From Eremomyces bilateralis CBS 781.70 (Eukaryota), in assembly GCA_010015585.1 (NCBI GenBank), contig ML975167.1: DNA of 64,000 nt, one strand, 5' to 3'. This document shows, piece by piece, positions 38,804-50,992 of the stretch (position 1 is its first letter; each line of letters starts with the position of its first letter). The notes below the pieces were generated by a model, which did not search any database, was not told where the DNA came from, and worked only from the letters and a program-made list of their open reading frames with translations. The position numbers and the translations under genes were made by a program.

Positions 38804-40022
38804 GATCTTTCCAGACAAGTGTGATGTTGTAAGTTGACATGCAGCGTATATCTGGGATTGTCTACACCAGGAAGATGCCGAAGGGAAGGTTCGACAAAAC
38901 ACATTCATATACCATGATTTCGCCCTGATGGACAGAACTATTCACTGATTGATTGACAGCATAGTTTGAAGTGTGTTTTCTACATCCGGAACAGCTGCGG
39001 GTTGAAGGGCGCATGTGGACGCGTCGATTAGCTTCGCCTTTCATGTAATTGTTCACCAATCCGATCTGACCATCATTAAAGATCGTCGCCTTGCCGCCTC
39101 ATCAGCATAATCAGTCAGGCATGAAGTTTTGTTAGCGCCTTATTGAAATCACCCCGGAGGTCGTGGACTGGTGGTATATCTTACTAAGAAATTGAGCACG
39201 TGATCTATATGTGTGAGCGCCTTAGCACCCTAGCTCCTTACTGGGAGGCTGCCTTATTGGCTTATCCCCACTGTACAGCAGAGCGCAAGATAGGGTTTTC
39301 TTAATGGTTAAGTAGCCAAGTACTTGGTTCAACGGTCTAATTCTTCTTGAACAGTCTCCTAACGGTCTTTGAACAGTTGGTTAACTGGTCATAGACGGTC
39401 TTGCTGTTTCGATCGTTGTTGAAGGAAGGAACGGCTACATAACGAGTGCAGGAAACAGGGCCTGCGCCCTGCTGTAGTCTTCCATGTCTATTTGGACGGA
39501 CAAACAGCACTCAAACATTCATTCGTCTATGTATGGACACTTAGACTGAATAGTCAGGTTATAATGGAAGCTCTACACCATTGATATGATTGGTAGTTTG
39601 CATGATCCAAAACTGATTTCCAAGTGACGCTGATAAATGCAATCCTGAGGCCACAAGGCATATAAGTTTCATGTTCCTGAATTAACCAAAACAGGACTAG
39701 CGTGTACCCCTGTTACCTCACATCCCAATCTCCAACGTCTTTCGCCTTCGCGTTTGAAGCTCTCGATTGTCGACTGATTCCAACTTCACTTCCACAACGA
39801 CATCATCCTTTGCCTCCCGGAGCTGCCCTTCTTTTCTTACCTCAGTCCCTCTTTCACTGTACCTGTCAATCATTATTCTTGATACTGACCTGCCCTTTTT
39901 CTACCCCCTTGGTACATTCTTTAATCCTCCCTTTTCTCGATTTCCCCGACTGAACAGCCACTCTCCTTCAACCAGGCCTATATCCCTTACCAATCGAATC
40001 TCCCGTCGAATCTCCCGTCAAA

Positions 40023-40796
40023 ATGAAGTCCTTCATTGTCGTTGCCCTTGTGGCCCTCGCCCAATTCGCTGTGGCAACACCCCCGGCCTGCATTCTTGCC
40101 GCCGCAAAGTACGCGTCAAGTTCACATTGCTTGGAAAGGAGGGAAGGCTAACACGCATTTTACTGTAGCACCCAGGACAACCCGGCCGACGTGGAAGGCA
40201 TCTGCAAGAATAAAGCGAGCGAAATTCAGGGAAACCTCGCGAGCATTTGCGGAGGCCAGAACGACAACGCCCAGAGTGCCTTTGCGGCGATCTGCAAGTC
40301 CGCGGGAGTTACAGTTTGTATGCTGACTCTTTCGAACCTGCCATGAATCGCAGAAGGATGTTGACAATCTATAGCGCCCTACGTCGCCTCTAGCAGTGGA
40401 ACTTCCAACGGACCATCCAGCGGACCAACCTCTACTGGCTCCCCAACCGGGTCGGAATCTGCTAATACTGGTGGCACTCCTACAGGTACGCTAACATCTC
40501 CTTTTTCCTCCAGCTCTTCATCACCTTCCTTCCTCTCTAGCGCTTCCGGTGCATCCCCCTCAAGCCCCTCCGGTACCAGCCCTCCAGCTGGTTCCTCCGG
40601 TTCAGGCGCGAGCTCCACCTCAAGCCCGGGTTCACCCTCAGGGTCTCCGAATCCACATGAATCCATAGGCTCATCACCGAGTGGTACGTCAGGTTCGGCA
40701 AACCCATCCGACTCGACAGGTGCGGCGTCTCGGAGGGAGTTCGGATCGTTCGCTGCGGTTGCGATCGCCGCGGCCGGCTTGATTATTGCTGTTTAG
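40023..40796 (+). CDS. Secreted GPI-anchored Ser/Gly/Pro-rich cell-surface protein with a 4-Cys (CFEM-like) N-terminal domain
   Basis: Signal peptide MKSFIVVALVALAQFAVA; TPPACILAA...ICKN...ICGG...AICKSAG; S/G/P/T stalk; hydrophobic tail FAAVAIAAAGLIIAV*. Introns 40109-40168 and 40318-40374. Confidence 0.85.
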
Positions 40797-41344
40797 AGCG
40801 GGAATTGGACACTTCCAACGGGATACCCAGTGGAGCATACATTAGATTGCCAACTTCAAGAGGAGTCTGGCCGGGCGTCTTCGCATCATTCCACAGTGAG
40901 CATTCTTGCTACACCTCAAGTGTTGGATAATTTGATCGGTTATATGGAAATCGGACTTTAAAAGGCATCCTCAACTAAACTGTGTTCAACCATATTAGAG
41001 CATAATCAATCATCTGGATTCTGGTTCATTTCCCATGGCAAAGGATCGTGGCGAAACATTGCGCCTTCCATACGATGTCTTCGCAGTCGTCCAAGCTGTC
41101 TACTTCCCACCTATTGAATATAGATCTAAAAGGATGATAAATAATGATTTAATCGAACCGGGAGGATACCTATTAAAATTTGAAATAGAATTAACTAGCC
41201 GGGAGCGCAACGGGTAGATAGATTGACTGGCCAGTCAGAGTTCGGCCGATGTCGCTTACGAACGACATCCCCAAATTTTGCTTCCCCAGACTTCGAACAC
41301 CCTAGAAACGACAACATCGTAGCATTGAGCTGCAAGACACCAAA

Positions 41345-43923
41345 ATGATGGCTGGCAGGACGCGAATATGGCCTTCGGGCAGTTCGAAGGTAGCATCTCA
41401 ATCGATGATTCGGCGATCGACAGCTAACCCATCGTAGGCCTTCCCTCTCCGGACCTGTCAACCCATCCCCATCCGCCATCTTTCCCGCCAGCTCGCAACC
41501 GCAGTCGACTCCTCCAAGTCTCCATATCCCAGCGCCTCAACCGTCGCAGCACGCACTCCGCCCTACGAAAAACTCGTCAACAACCTCCAACAAGTCCGCC
41601 GCATCCTCGGCCCTGCGCGACCGCTCACGCTCGCCGAGAAGATCCTCTACTCTCACCTTGCGTCGCCCGAAGCGAGTCTCCTCGACGGCACGGACAACGG
41701 CCGCAACGTGCGAGGAAATGCTACTCTCAAGCTCAAGCCGGACCGCGTCGCCATGCAAGATGCAAGCGCGCAGATGGCGCTGCTGCAGTTCATGTCGTGC
41801 GGACTGCCGTCCACCGCCGTCCCGGCGAGCATCCACTGCGACCACATGATCGTTGGATCGCGCGGCGCGGATGTGGACTTGCCCGAGAGTATCAAGGGGA
41901 ACAAGGAAGTGTTTGATTTCCTCGAGAGCGCGTCGAAGAGGTATGGCATCGAGTTCTGGCCTCCGGGCGCGGGCATCATTCACCAGACGGTGTTGGAGAA
42001 CTATTCCGCGCCTGGCCTGATGATGTTGGGGACGGACAGCCATACCCCGAACGCAGGTGGTTTAGGAGCTATCGCGATTGGCGTAGGAGGTGCGGATGCC
42101 GTGGATGCGCTGGTTGATGCGCCGTGGGAGTTGAAGGCCCCGAAGATCTTGGGTGTGAGGCTGGAGGGACAGTTGAGCGGGTGGGCAAGTCCCAAGGACA
42201 TCATTTTGAAGATTGCTGGAGAGTTGACGGTCAGGGTGGGTGATATAACCGCTGCCCCTAGAAATGGTTCCAAGTCTAACATGCGTAGGGCGGCACCGGA
42301 TTCATCATCGAGTACTTCGGGCCAGGCGTAGACTCTCTAACTTGTACTGGTATGGCAACGACATGCAACATGGGAGCGGAAGTCGGCGCTACGACGTCTC
42401 TATTCCCCTTATCTCCTGGCCACATACCATACCTGGAGGCAACCCATAGAGGCTCGATTGCTCGCGCCGCCGAGAAACTTGGGAAAGACGCCGGAGACCG
42501 CAACTACCTCACTGCAGACAAAGGTGCCGAATACGACAAAGTCCTCACCATCGATCTTTCGACCCTCGAGCCGCATATTAACGGTCCCTTCACCCCCGAC
42601 TTCTCTACCCCACTCTCCAAATTCTCCGAGACCGTGTCAGAAAACAACTGGCCGGAAACATTTGGCGCTGGCTTGATCGGTAGCTGTACGAATAGTTCCT
42701 TCGAGGACATGACACGCTGCGAATCTCTTGTTAAGCAAGCGGAAGCAGCGGGCCTAAAACCTAAGGCTGACTTCTTCCTTTCCCCTGGCTCGGAACAAAT
42801 CCGAGCTACCGTCTCAACTTCGGGTACATTGGACACATTTACCTCTGCTGGTGCCATTGTACTGGCGAATGCATGCGGCCCCTGTATCGGTCAGTGGACG
42901 CGGACGGACGATGTCAAGAAGGGCGAAAGCAACGCCATCTTCACCTCCTACAACCGGAATTTCCCCGGTCGTAACGACGGTAACCGCGAAACGATGAACT
43001 TCCTAGCTTCCCCCGATCTAGTCACGGCCATGGTCTATTCCGGCCGCACCACCTTCAACCCACTCACCGATACCATCGAAACCCCCTCCGGCACCCCGTT
43101 CAAGTTCGAACCCCCGACCGGCACCGCTCTACCCTCCGCCGGCTTCGAATCCGGAAATCCCGAATTCCTCCCCTCTGCGCCGATCCCCGACCCATCATCC
43201 GAAGTGGCCGTCTCCCCCACCTCATCCCGCCTCGCGCTCCTCGACCCCTTCCCTCCCTTCCCCACCCACGAGCTGTCCCTCCGCGTCCTCCTCCGCGTCA
43301 AGGGCCAATGCACCACCGACACCATCTCCGCCGCCGGCCCCTGGCTCAAATACAAGGGCCACCTCCCCAACATCTCGGAGAATACCCTCATCGGCGCCGT
43401 CAACGCGGACACCGGCGCGACAAACCAAGCCATCGACGTCGACGGCTCGGCGCGTACGATCCCCGAGCTAGCGAAGCGGTGGAAGGCACAGGATCAGGAG
43501 TGGCTCGTGGTCGCGGATAGCAACTACGGCGAAGGCAGTGCCCGCGAGCACGCCGCGTTGCAACCGCGATATCTCGGCGGTCGGGTGATCCTGGCGAAGA
43601 GCTTCGCGCGGATCCACGAGACGAACTTGAAGAAGCAGGGGATCGTACCTTTGACGTTCGCGGATGAGGGCGATTATGATCGGATGAAGGGGTGCGATGA
43701 GGTGGAGACGGTGGGGTTGTTGGAGTGTCTCCAGAGCGGGGGGAAGGGGGAGGTGCAGTTGAAGGTGAAGCGAGATGGGGAGGAGTGGGTGGTGAACGCG
43801 AAACACCAGTTGAGCCCGGATCAGTGCGGGTTTATCCTAGCGGGGAGCGCGTTGAATCTCCTGGCTAGGCAGGGGAAGGAGATGAGGGAGGAAGTTGTCA
43901 GGGAGAATGAGTTGACCGATTAG
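41345..43923 (+). CDS. ACO2: Mitochondrial aconitase-family protein, Aco2/AcoB type (putative homocitrate dehydratase)
   Basis: [48 protein letters not shown], Fe-S ligands GSCTN and [21 protein letters not shown]. Introns 41390-41437 and 42236-42288. DASAQ and GLMMLG fit Aco2 better than Aco1. Confidence 0.9.
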
Positions 43924-44424
43924 GCAGCTATTATATGCAAGGTCAGGGCAACATTAGGTGTGTATATCTCATTGATCGAGTATGGTAGATATATGCAGGC
44001 ATCTGTAAATATAGCATCGCTACGTAGTATGTTTGTTAGATGAGATCGATCCCTAATTTAGCGTTGAAGATCAGCAAGTGTGGTAAACATCCTATTTAGG
44101 GCCGAGAAACCGATGGGAACCTAAATATTAAAGCGGGATGATACCTAAAATTGCCACAGGCGGATTCAGAGAAATTAATTGTACTATTTTCCTTTTGGGG
44201 TATATCCATCGCAGTAGTTATAAACACCGGTTCGTCAAGACGCCGCTAACGGAAAACACCAATCCAACCCTCATGGGAAACATGGCGCAAAGGCCGGACA
44301 TAAACCTGCCAGTAGAAGGACCACCAGGCGCTCGAACTATACACAGTACTGGCACCAACGAGACCAAATGACCATGTCACGGAAGGGACAGACAATCCAA
44401 AACATCACACATCACACATAATAA

Positions 44425-45895
44425 TCAAACAATATCCCACTGCCCTCGACGATACTTCGGTCCGCTATGGACCAAATGCCGCTCATCCTCATCTCTCGGA
44501 TTACTCTGCACCGTGATCTCGCGGGTATACTTCACCGCCCGGCTCGGCAACTCGATCCCCCCCATATCATCGCTGGCGGAATCGAAGCTCTTCATGGCGT
44601 GGATCTGCGATTTCGACTGGCTGCCGCCCAGGTCGGTGATGCTCTCGGTCGGCAAGGTCTGGAAGGACTTCTTGACGCTGCTGCGGTTGGAGAACTTCTT
44701 GCTGCGGCCGCCCGAGTAGCCGGCGGCAGCGGAGGAGCCCTGGGTGGTGCCGAAGATGCGGGGGAAGACCTTGGCGAGGATGGGCTTGATGCCGTGGAAG
44801 CAGGAGAAGATCATGCCGAGGTTCCATTCGATGCCGCCGAGGATCCAGATGACGTTACCCTCGTCTGCACCGGGAGGTTAGTGCGAGGTCCGATAGAAGG
44901 GGGAGCATGGCTGCGGCAGACGGCTTACAGAATAGATCGAAGACTTTTGGAGGGATGAAGATAAGGTGGATGTACCAGGCGCGGAGAACACCCACGATGG
45001 AAATGCTGTGACTGCGTCAACGATGCTTCTCGAAGCGTACAGGGAAGGCGGACTAACAGGGAGCCAACCGAGAATACAAAGACGAGCCCTAAGCGCGTCT
45101 TCAACGGTTGCTGGATCTTCCACAGAGCCCGAGATGGCCACCAGTAAATGAGGAAGTCTGTAGCACTATTCAAAGCGCCAGCGGCAATCGAGAAGCCCGA
45201 TCGATTGATACACACTGTTGGCGGGACGCTCAAATCCCAAAACGACTGGACTGGACTGCTTGGATGTAAGCTAAGGAGTACATTGGCATGGTAAGAGGCA
45301 CCACGTACAGGCATTGGAAAATCGTCACCAGCGACATGCTGATCATGAACCCCAGGAGAAAGGCGATCATTAGGTAGCAGAACATGCGGTTCGCTTTGGA
45401 AGGGAAAATCCGCAGGTACGTGAAGCAGAGCGACAGTTTGGGGAACGTGACGTTAACGTTGAACAACGTAGTGGCTGCCAAAGATATCTACCACGTCGTT
45501 AAAAAGTGCGTTCGATGGTTTGGATGGTCGTAAATACCTTCTGGTACCCCCCATACCACTCCATTTTGAAGTCCCATACGTGATAGCCAGCTCCATACTT
45601 CCAATGTATGGTGGCTAACACCGTTGTGCCGATGATGGCTAACTGAAGAGATGTCAATGACGGCCGTTGACTGACTGGCACTTGGAAGCCATACCACACC
45701 AACCATGATGCAATAGTCATCCATTCCAAACCCTTTTGCCAGATTTAATCGGATATATAGTCTCGCAGCGACAAACATTAACATCAAAACCATGCCCGCG
45801 AGGAGGCTGCCCAGAGTAGCGGGGACCATGGTCGAAGGGTTCACATAGTTCGGCGCCGGCCAAGTGGCCATGACCTCAGGAGGAGCAAGCGACAT
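44425..45895 (-). CDS. Pth11-like (rhodopsin-domain) integral membrane protein without CFEM domain
   Basis: WPAPNYVNP, ARLYIRL...GFGMDDY, GYHVWD, KLSLCFTYLRIF, FQC...FWD, NSATDF, IWILGGIEWNLGMIFSCFHGIKP; multi-intron. Confidence 0.88.
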
Positions 45896-48158
45896 GATGA
45901 AGCGTGGTCAAGGAAAAAAATCATACGAATGACTGCCAAAGGACGAACGAAGCCAGGGGACGATGACAGATGAACAAACATCATGAAAAAGAAATGGATT
46001 AATAGGCTTCTGTTAAGATAGATATAACCAGGATTTCCGTAGCACCGTCCTGATCATCGGAAATCTGGACAGGAACCATCGTCCCCAGACGCACGCCCCG
46101 GACAGCAGGCTTCTGAACTCTAGGACGACGATCCGAAGCCGTCAACCGGGTCGCTTGACACTCGCTTCGAGGTGGCTTTGTCAATGGGCGACCATCTCCT
46201 GCAGGAAAGGAAATAAACTTCAGGTCCGGCCTGCTTCGTTCACCCCTATCCCCGCTCTTTCGTCCCTGAATCTGTCGGATTTCCCGCGTCGACTCAGACC
46301 TTTCAGGCGTAGAATGGACTGGTACGTAAGAAGGATCGTCTAACTTCCCAGGGGAATTATGCATGAGCGCGAGAGTACCTAACCCGTTCGGTTGAGAAGA
46401 CCGTGAGTGGGGGGGCGATGAGCAGGTGTCGTACTGTCGTTCTTCCGCTAAGGTTACTGAACAGCCTCATGCTTTTCCTAGTTTGTCACGGAGAAACCGG
46501 CGCGAATACCGTCGCAATAGCGTCAATTCCCGTGAATAGTCAGATGATCTACCCCACAAAGGCCCAGAAACTCCATCGACCTTCTCAACATAAAAGGTGC
46601 AAGTTAGTGTGCGGATTTCATCGCACGCGGAAATTGGAAAAAGAAACTATCGAAATTCAGACGATCTAATGAGGAAGAGGACGTGGATCATGGATTGACG
46701 GATGTGGGGATGAGTGCTGTCGCCTGCCACATCCAGGAGAACGGGACGATTGCATGAAATGCATGGCGATGTAGGAATGGCACGGATCTGAAACTGGCCC
46801 CTGACTCGTTCTGTCTCTCCCCTCTCTCTTTCGGCTGTCATCTTCTTGCATGGACCTGTAGTTGGACTGTTGGAGAAGCTTAAACTTTAAACGATTTCGT
46901 GTGTGGCGGTCTGCAGGTCGCAGGATTACAGTCTTGAGTCTATGGAGTACAGTCCGCAGGTTTGCGACAGTAAGTGCGACTCCAACTGTCTGGCGCAAGA
47001 GGATCATCACTTTCATTTACTATTAATAATAACTTAGCGATTCCCTCTTAAAGTTAAGATTTGCGTGAACTTTGGAGCCGAGTACGATGGCTGACAATCA
47101 CTTGAGCTTTGGAGATACGATTCCAACCCGAGATGATGGAGGATGCTTTCATGCGATGATCGATAAATCCAGATTTCAAGTCAGGCATGACCGCATGGGG
47201 AAGGGCATTGACTCAATTGACATCTGGCTTGTAGAATTGCACAAAGGTGCATCCCCACCAGATATCGTATAATCTTGCACAATCCCGGCTGGGGCTGCAC
47301 GCTACGCCTGCCGTGTGGGTTAACGCAAGCAGTGCAGACTTTAAACGAGAGGACCGAGGAGGCTTGTGGACTGTGGACTGTGGAGTGATCTCAGATCTGT
47401 GATATGCTTCGAGTTTCAACAGTTTCATTGCGCCGTTGGGAGAGGACTAGGAGCAAACCATTTTTTGACCGATGTGAATTGACGTTCCGTACATGCATAG
47501 CCGAGAGGTTCCACGAGGCAACTACCTTAATATTCCCATCGCCCAGGTCTCCAGTGAGTCTAGCCTCGAAAGACTAAAGCTAATGGCTGCAGAATTGCGA
47601 TAATTCCGTCATCCGTATTGGCTGTCTTCGTGAAGGAGTTGCCACAACTGGTTGATCGCCGACCTGAAGGTTGAACTGTATCCATTTTTCCACACTCGAG
47701 CAACTTTGCTACATTGGCTCATGACTCGTGGCGACTGACTTTCGCTTGGTGATGGCAATACAGAAAGGTTAATCCAGACCAACATAAAGTGGCTTTTATG
47801 CTATTCGATGGACCGATATGACCCGCCCAATGCGAAGGAATATCACCTCATTGCAACCAATCACGAAGGGAATACGGAGACATCTTCCTCCATCGGAGGT
47901 TGACAACGAGTCAACGATAAGGCAGTTATTCCACAGCGAATGAGCGGCCCCCGAATTCCAAGACGTTATATGCAATTCCCCAAGCGATGGGATGCTCTGA
48001 AGCTCGAAACACGAACCTTGAAAAAATTGTGATAGACGCCCATAAATGCTGACCGTGAGGGTATCGACGTGGAACCCCATGTATTGTACATGTATCGCGT
48101 CAAAATCCCCATGCATGTACCTCTCCAAACGCAATCCAACCAACAAGGCCCAGCCACC

Positions 48159-48634
48159 TCACTTGGTCTCACTCTCCTGGTCCAGCTTCTGTGGATGCTC
48201 TTTGTGGTGCCAGTAACTCCGTATTGCTGCAGCAGCGTGTAAGCGATGTCTCCTTGTACGGTCGGCCCACGCGAGTCCTTACCTTGAACACAATATGGAC
48301 ATAGGAAATGGGCTTTCTTCGGTCTCCCACATGCTGGGCACTTCACCAGGAACTTGACATCTTTGAGCGCCTTTCCCGCCAGCTGTCTCATCCGCTTTTT
48401 CGAGTGTGTGGTCTTCTTCTTGGGTACGGCACGGAGGACAGAGTCCCATATCTCGCGCAGTATCGCTGATGCTCCAGAGAGAGCTGGTATTAGACTCGGA
48501 AGTGCGATCGCAGGAAGGAATTGCCGTGGTGTCGGTGCTCTCGAGGGTGAAATCGGATATCGCGGGGCAATTTGGTGCAATGGGCGTAGCAGATGCCGAA
48601 GAAATGGCAAAGGTATGAGAGGTATGGCGGCCAT
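48159..48634 (-). CDS. MRPL32: Mitochondrial ribosomal protein bL32m (MrpL32)
   Basis: Long presequence, then AVPKKKTTHSKKRMR and zinc ribbon CPACGRPKKAHFLCPYC. One intron (about 48227-48283); last exon AIRSYWHHKE...SETK*. Confidence 0.92.
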
Positions 48635-49110
48635 GATGGAGGTTGTTGGTGGACGGTGGAAGAATCGATCGAATGGCTGAAGAAGCCTCAGTGCAATCTC
48701 AACAGCACAATATCCAGGCGCAGCTATTCATCGGAGCCCAAGTATGGCGGTTGAGAGATGTGAAGGCAGTCACGAGACCATGAGCTGTCGTAGCAATGGC
48801 GTTTCCTTGATGGAGCAGACTCTTTGGATGGGAAGTATCAATCGACAATCGCAAATCCGAAGTTCAACTTTTGGAGATGCTTGGCATGGAACTTTTGAAG
48901 GTAGGTGCGCCTTACTCAAAATGGTTTAGCGGCACTGAACCCCCTTTCCTAAACGCGACTTGGACGTCCAACCCCAGAAACTTCGAAAATTCCCCTATCG
49001 ACCACGTCAACGAGTTACGACTTCACTCTCATACGGAATCCCATTATCCGAATCGTCCTGCGTCAACGTCTTCCATCCATTCGCAGCTCAATCCCCCCAA
49101 ATCCCCCACA

Positions 49111-50303
49111 ATGGCTACCGTCAACACCCAAGCACCGCAGACCGTGCACCCCAACACCCACGTCGGTTTCGACAGCATCACCTCCCAGATCGAGAAGAAG
49201 CTGTTGAAGCGTGGGTTCCAATTCAACGTGATCTGCGTTGGTATGTTGCCTCCAATTCATCCCGAGCTCCAGACCACCCCTCTAACGTCGCGAAGGACAA
49301 ACCGGCCTGGGTAAGTCCACGCTCATCAACACCATTTTCGCCTCGCACCTCCTCGACAGCAAAGGCCGCCTGGCCCCCGACGAGCCGATCCGCAGCACCA
49401 CCGACATCCAGACCGTCTCCCACATCGTCGAAGAGAATGGCGTGCGCCTCCGCTTGAACATCGTCGATACCCCGGGCTACGGCGACCTGATCAACAATGA
49501 CCGCTGCTGGGACCCCATCGTCAAGTACATCAAGGACCAGCACAGCGCGTATCTGCGCAAGGAATTGACCGCCCAGCGTGAGCGGTACTTGCAAGACACC
49601 CGGATCCACTGCTGCCTGTTCTTCATCCAGCCGTCCGGCCACGCGTTGAAGCCCATCGACATCGTGGTGCTGAAGAAGCTGTCCGAGTTCGTCAACGTCG
49701 TGCCCGTCATTGCGAAGAGCGATAGCTTGACGTTGGAGGAGCGCCAGGCCTTCAAGGAGAGGATACGAGAGGAGTTCACGTTCCACAATGTGCGCATGTA
49801 TCCGTACGAGAACGAGGAGTACGACCACGAGGAAGTAGTTCTCAACCAGCAGATCAAGGTAGGAAGCACCATCATATTCGACGGCTGCATATGCTAATCC
49901 GCTTTCAGAGCATGATCCCGTTTGCCGTCGTCGGCTCGGAAAAGACCATTGTTGTCGGAGGCAAGCAGGTGCGCGGTCGTCAGAACCGCTGGGGTGTCAT
50001 CAACGGTACGCTTCCCAATAGTCCACCATAACTTAGACCATCCGCTAATATAATTAAACCACAGTCGAGGACGAGTCTCACTGCGAATTCGTCTACCTCC
50101 GCGACTTCCTCCTCCGCACCCACCTCCAGGATCTCATTGAGACCACCTCGCAAATCCACTACGAGTCCTTCCGCGCCAAGCAGCTGCTGGCCCTCAAGGA
50201 GAGCAGCGCCGTCGGCCACTCCGGCAGCCGCCCCATATCCCCCTCGGCCGACCGCGAGCTGAGCCGGAACTCGCAGCGCATGACCATGTCGAACGGCTAC
50301 TAA
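49111..50303 (+). CDS. CDC10: Septin Cdc10/AspD
   Basis: HVGFDSITSQIEKKLLKRGFQFN, P-loop GQTGLGKST, DTPGYGD, AKSD, RQNRWG; no C-terminal coiled coil. Introns 49241-49295, 49859-49908, 50006-50064. Confidence 0.96.
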
Positions 50304-50992
50304 GCGAACGGTTCCCCCTGGCGTGTTTTTTATATTGGGATGGCCTCGCTTCGTACTTTGTGAAAAGCAAACCGAAACAAGCACAGGAGCGCGGCAAAGT
50401 TGCTCAAGGGCTCAAGCGATCCGTTTTGTTGGTGATACCAGATCCATATTCCCTTCCTCTATGTTTCTTTTATGTGTGGAGTCTCCTTGAGCATGGCCGA
50501 ACCGCTGCACGTCGTGGTTTGTTACCGCCCCCTCAAAAAAATATCCCTTGTTTCGAGCGCAGCGAGCTACAGGTGATTGTGCTTCCGGCTGGTAACGGCG
50601 AACCGTGCTACCTCGCCATTGACTGGCGAAACGACTCATCCCCCTCGAAAGATTCAAGCTATTTGATCTTGCAGCGTAGGTAGCTTAGTTAATAATTTAC
50701 GATTACCTTTGAAAATCGCGTGAGAGCTGCCCATGATTGATCGTATTGCAGACATGATGAGAACACGATGGACGTCTGCTGTTCACCTACGCCACTTCAT
50801 ATTCCGAGCATAGATCGGGTATTATCAACTGTGTAATCCACAACTATAAAGCACATTACATGTACGCCTCCATCAACGAAGGCAACTCCTTTTCGACTCG
50901 TACCACGTACCCTCAACGTGTAGCTAATATTCCACCACCACCCACCATAATCCCCCGACACAGCATGTCGACTGCCAAAACCTTGTCCCCAC

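Noticed and set aside
47966..48226. Long C-terminal extension of the MRPL32 ORF (222 aa)
   Set aside because: Read-through of an intron (GTAAGG...GCAG); the spliced product ends at 48159.
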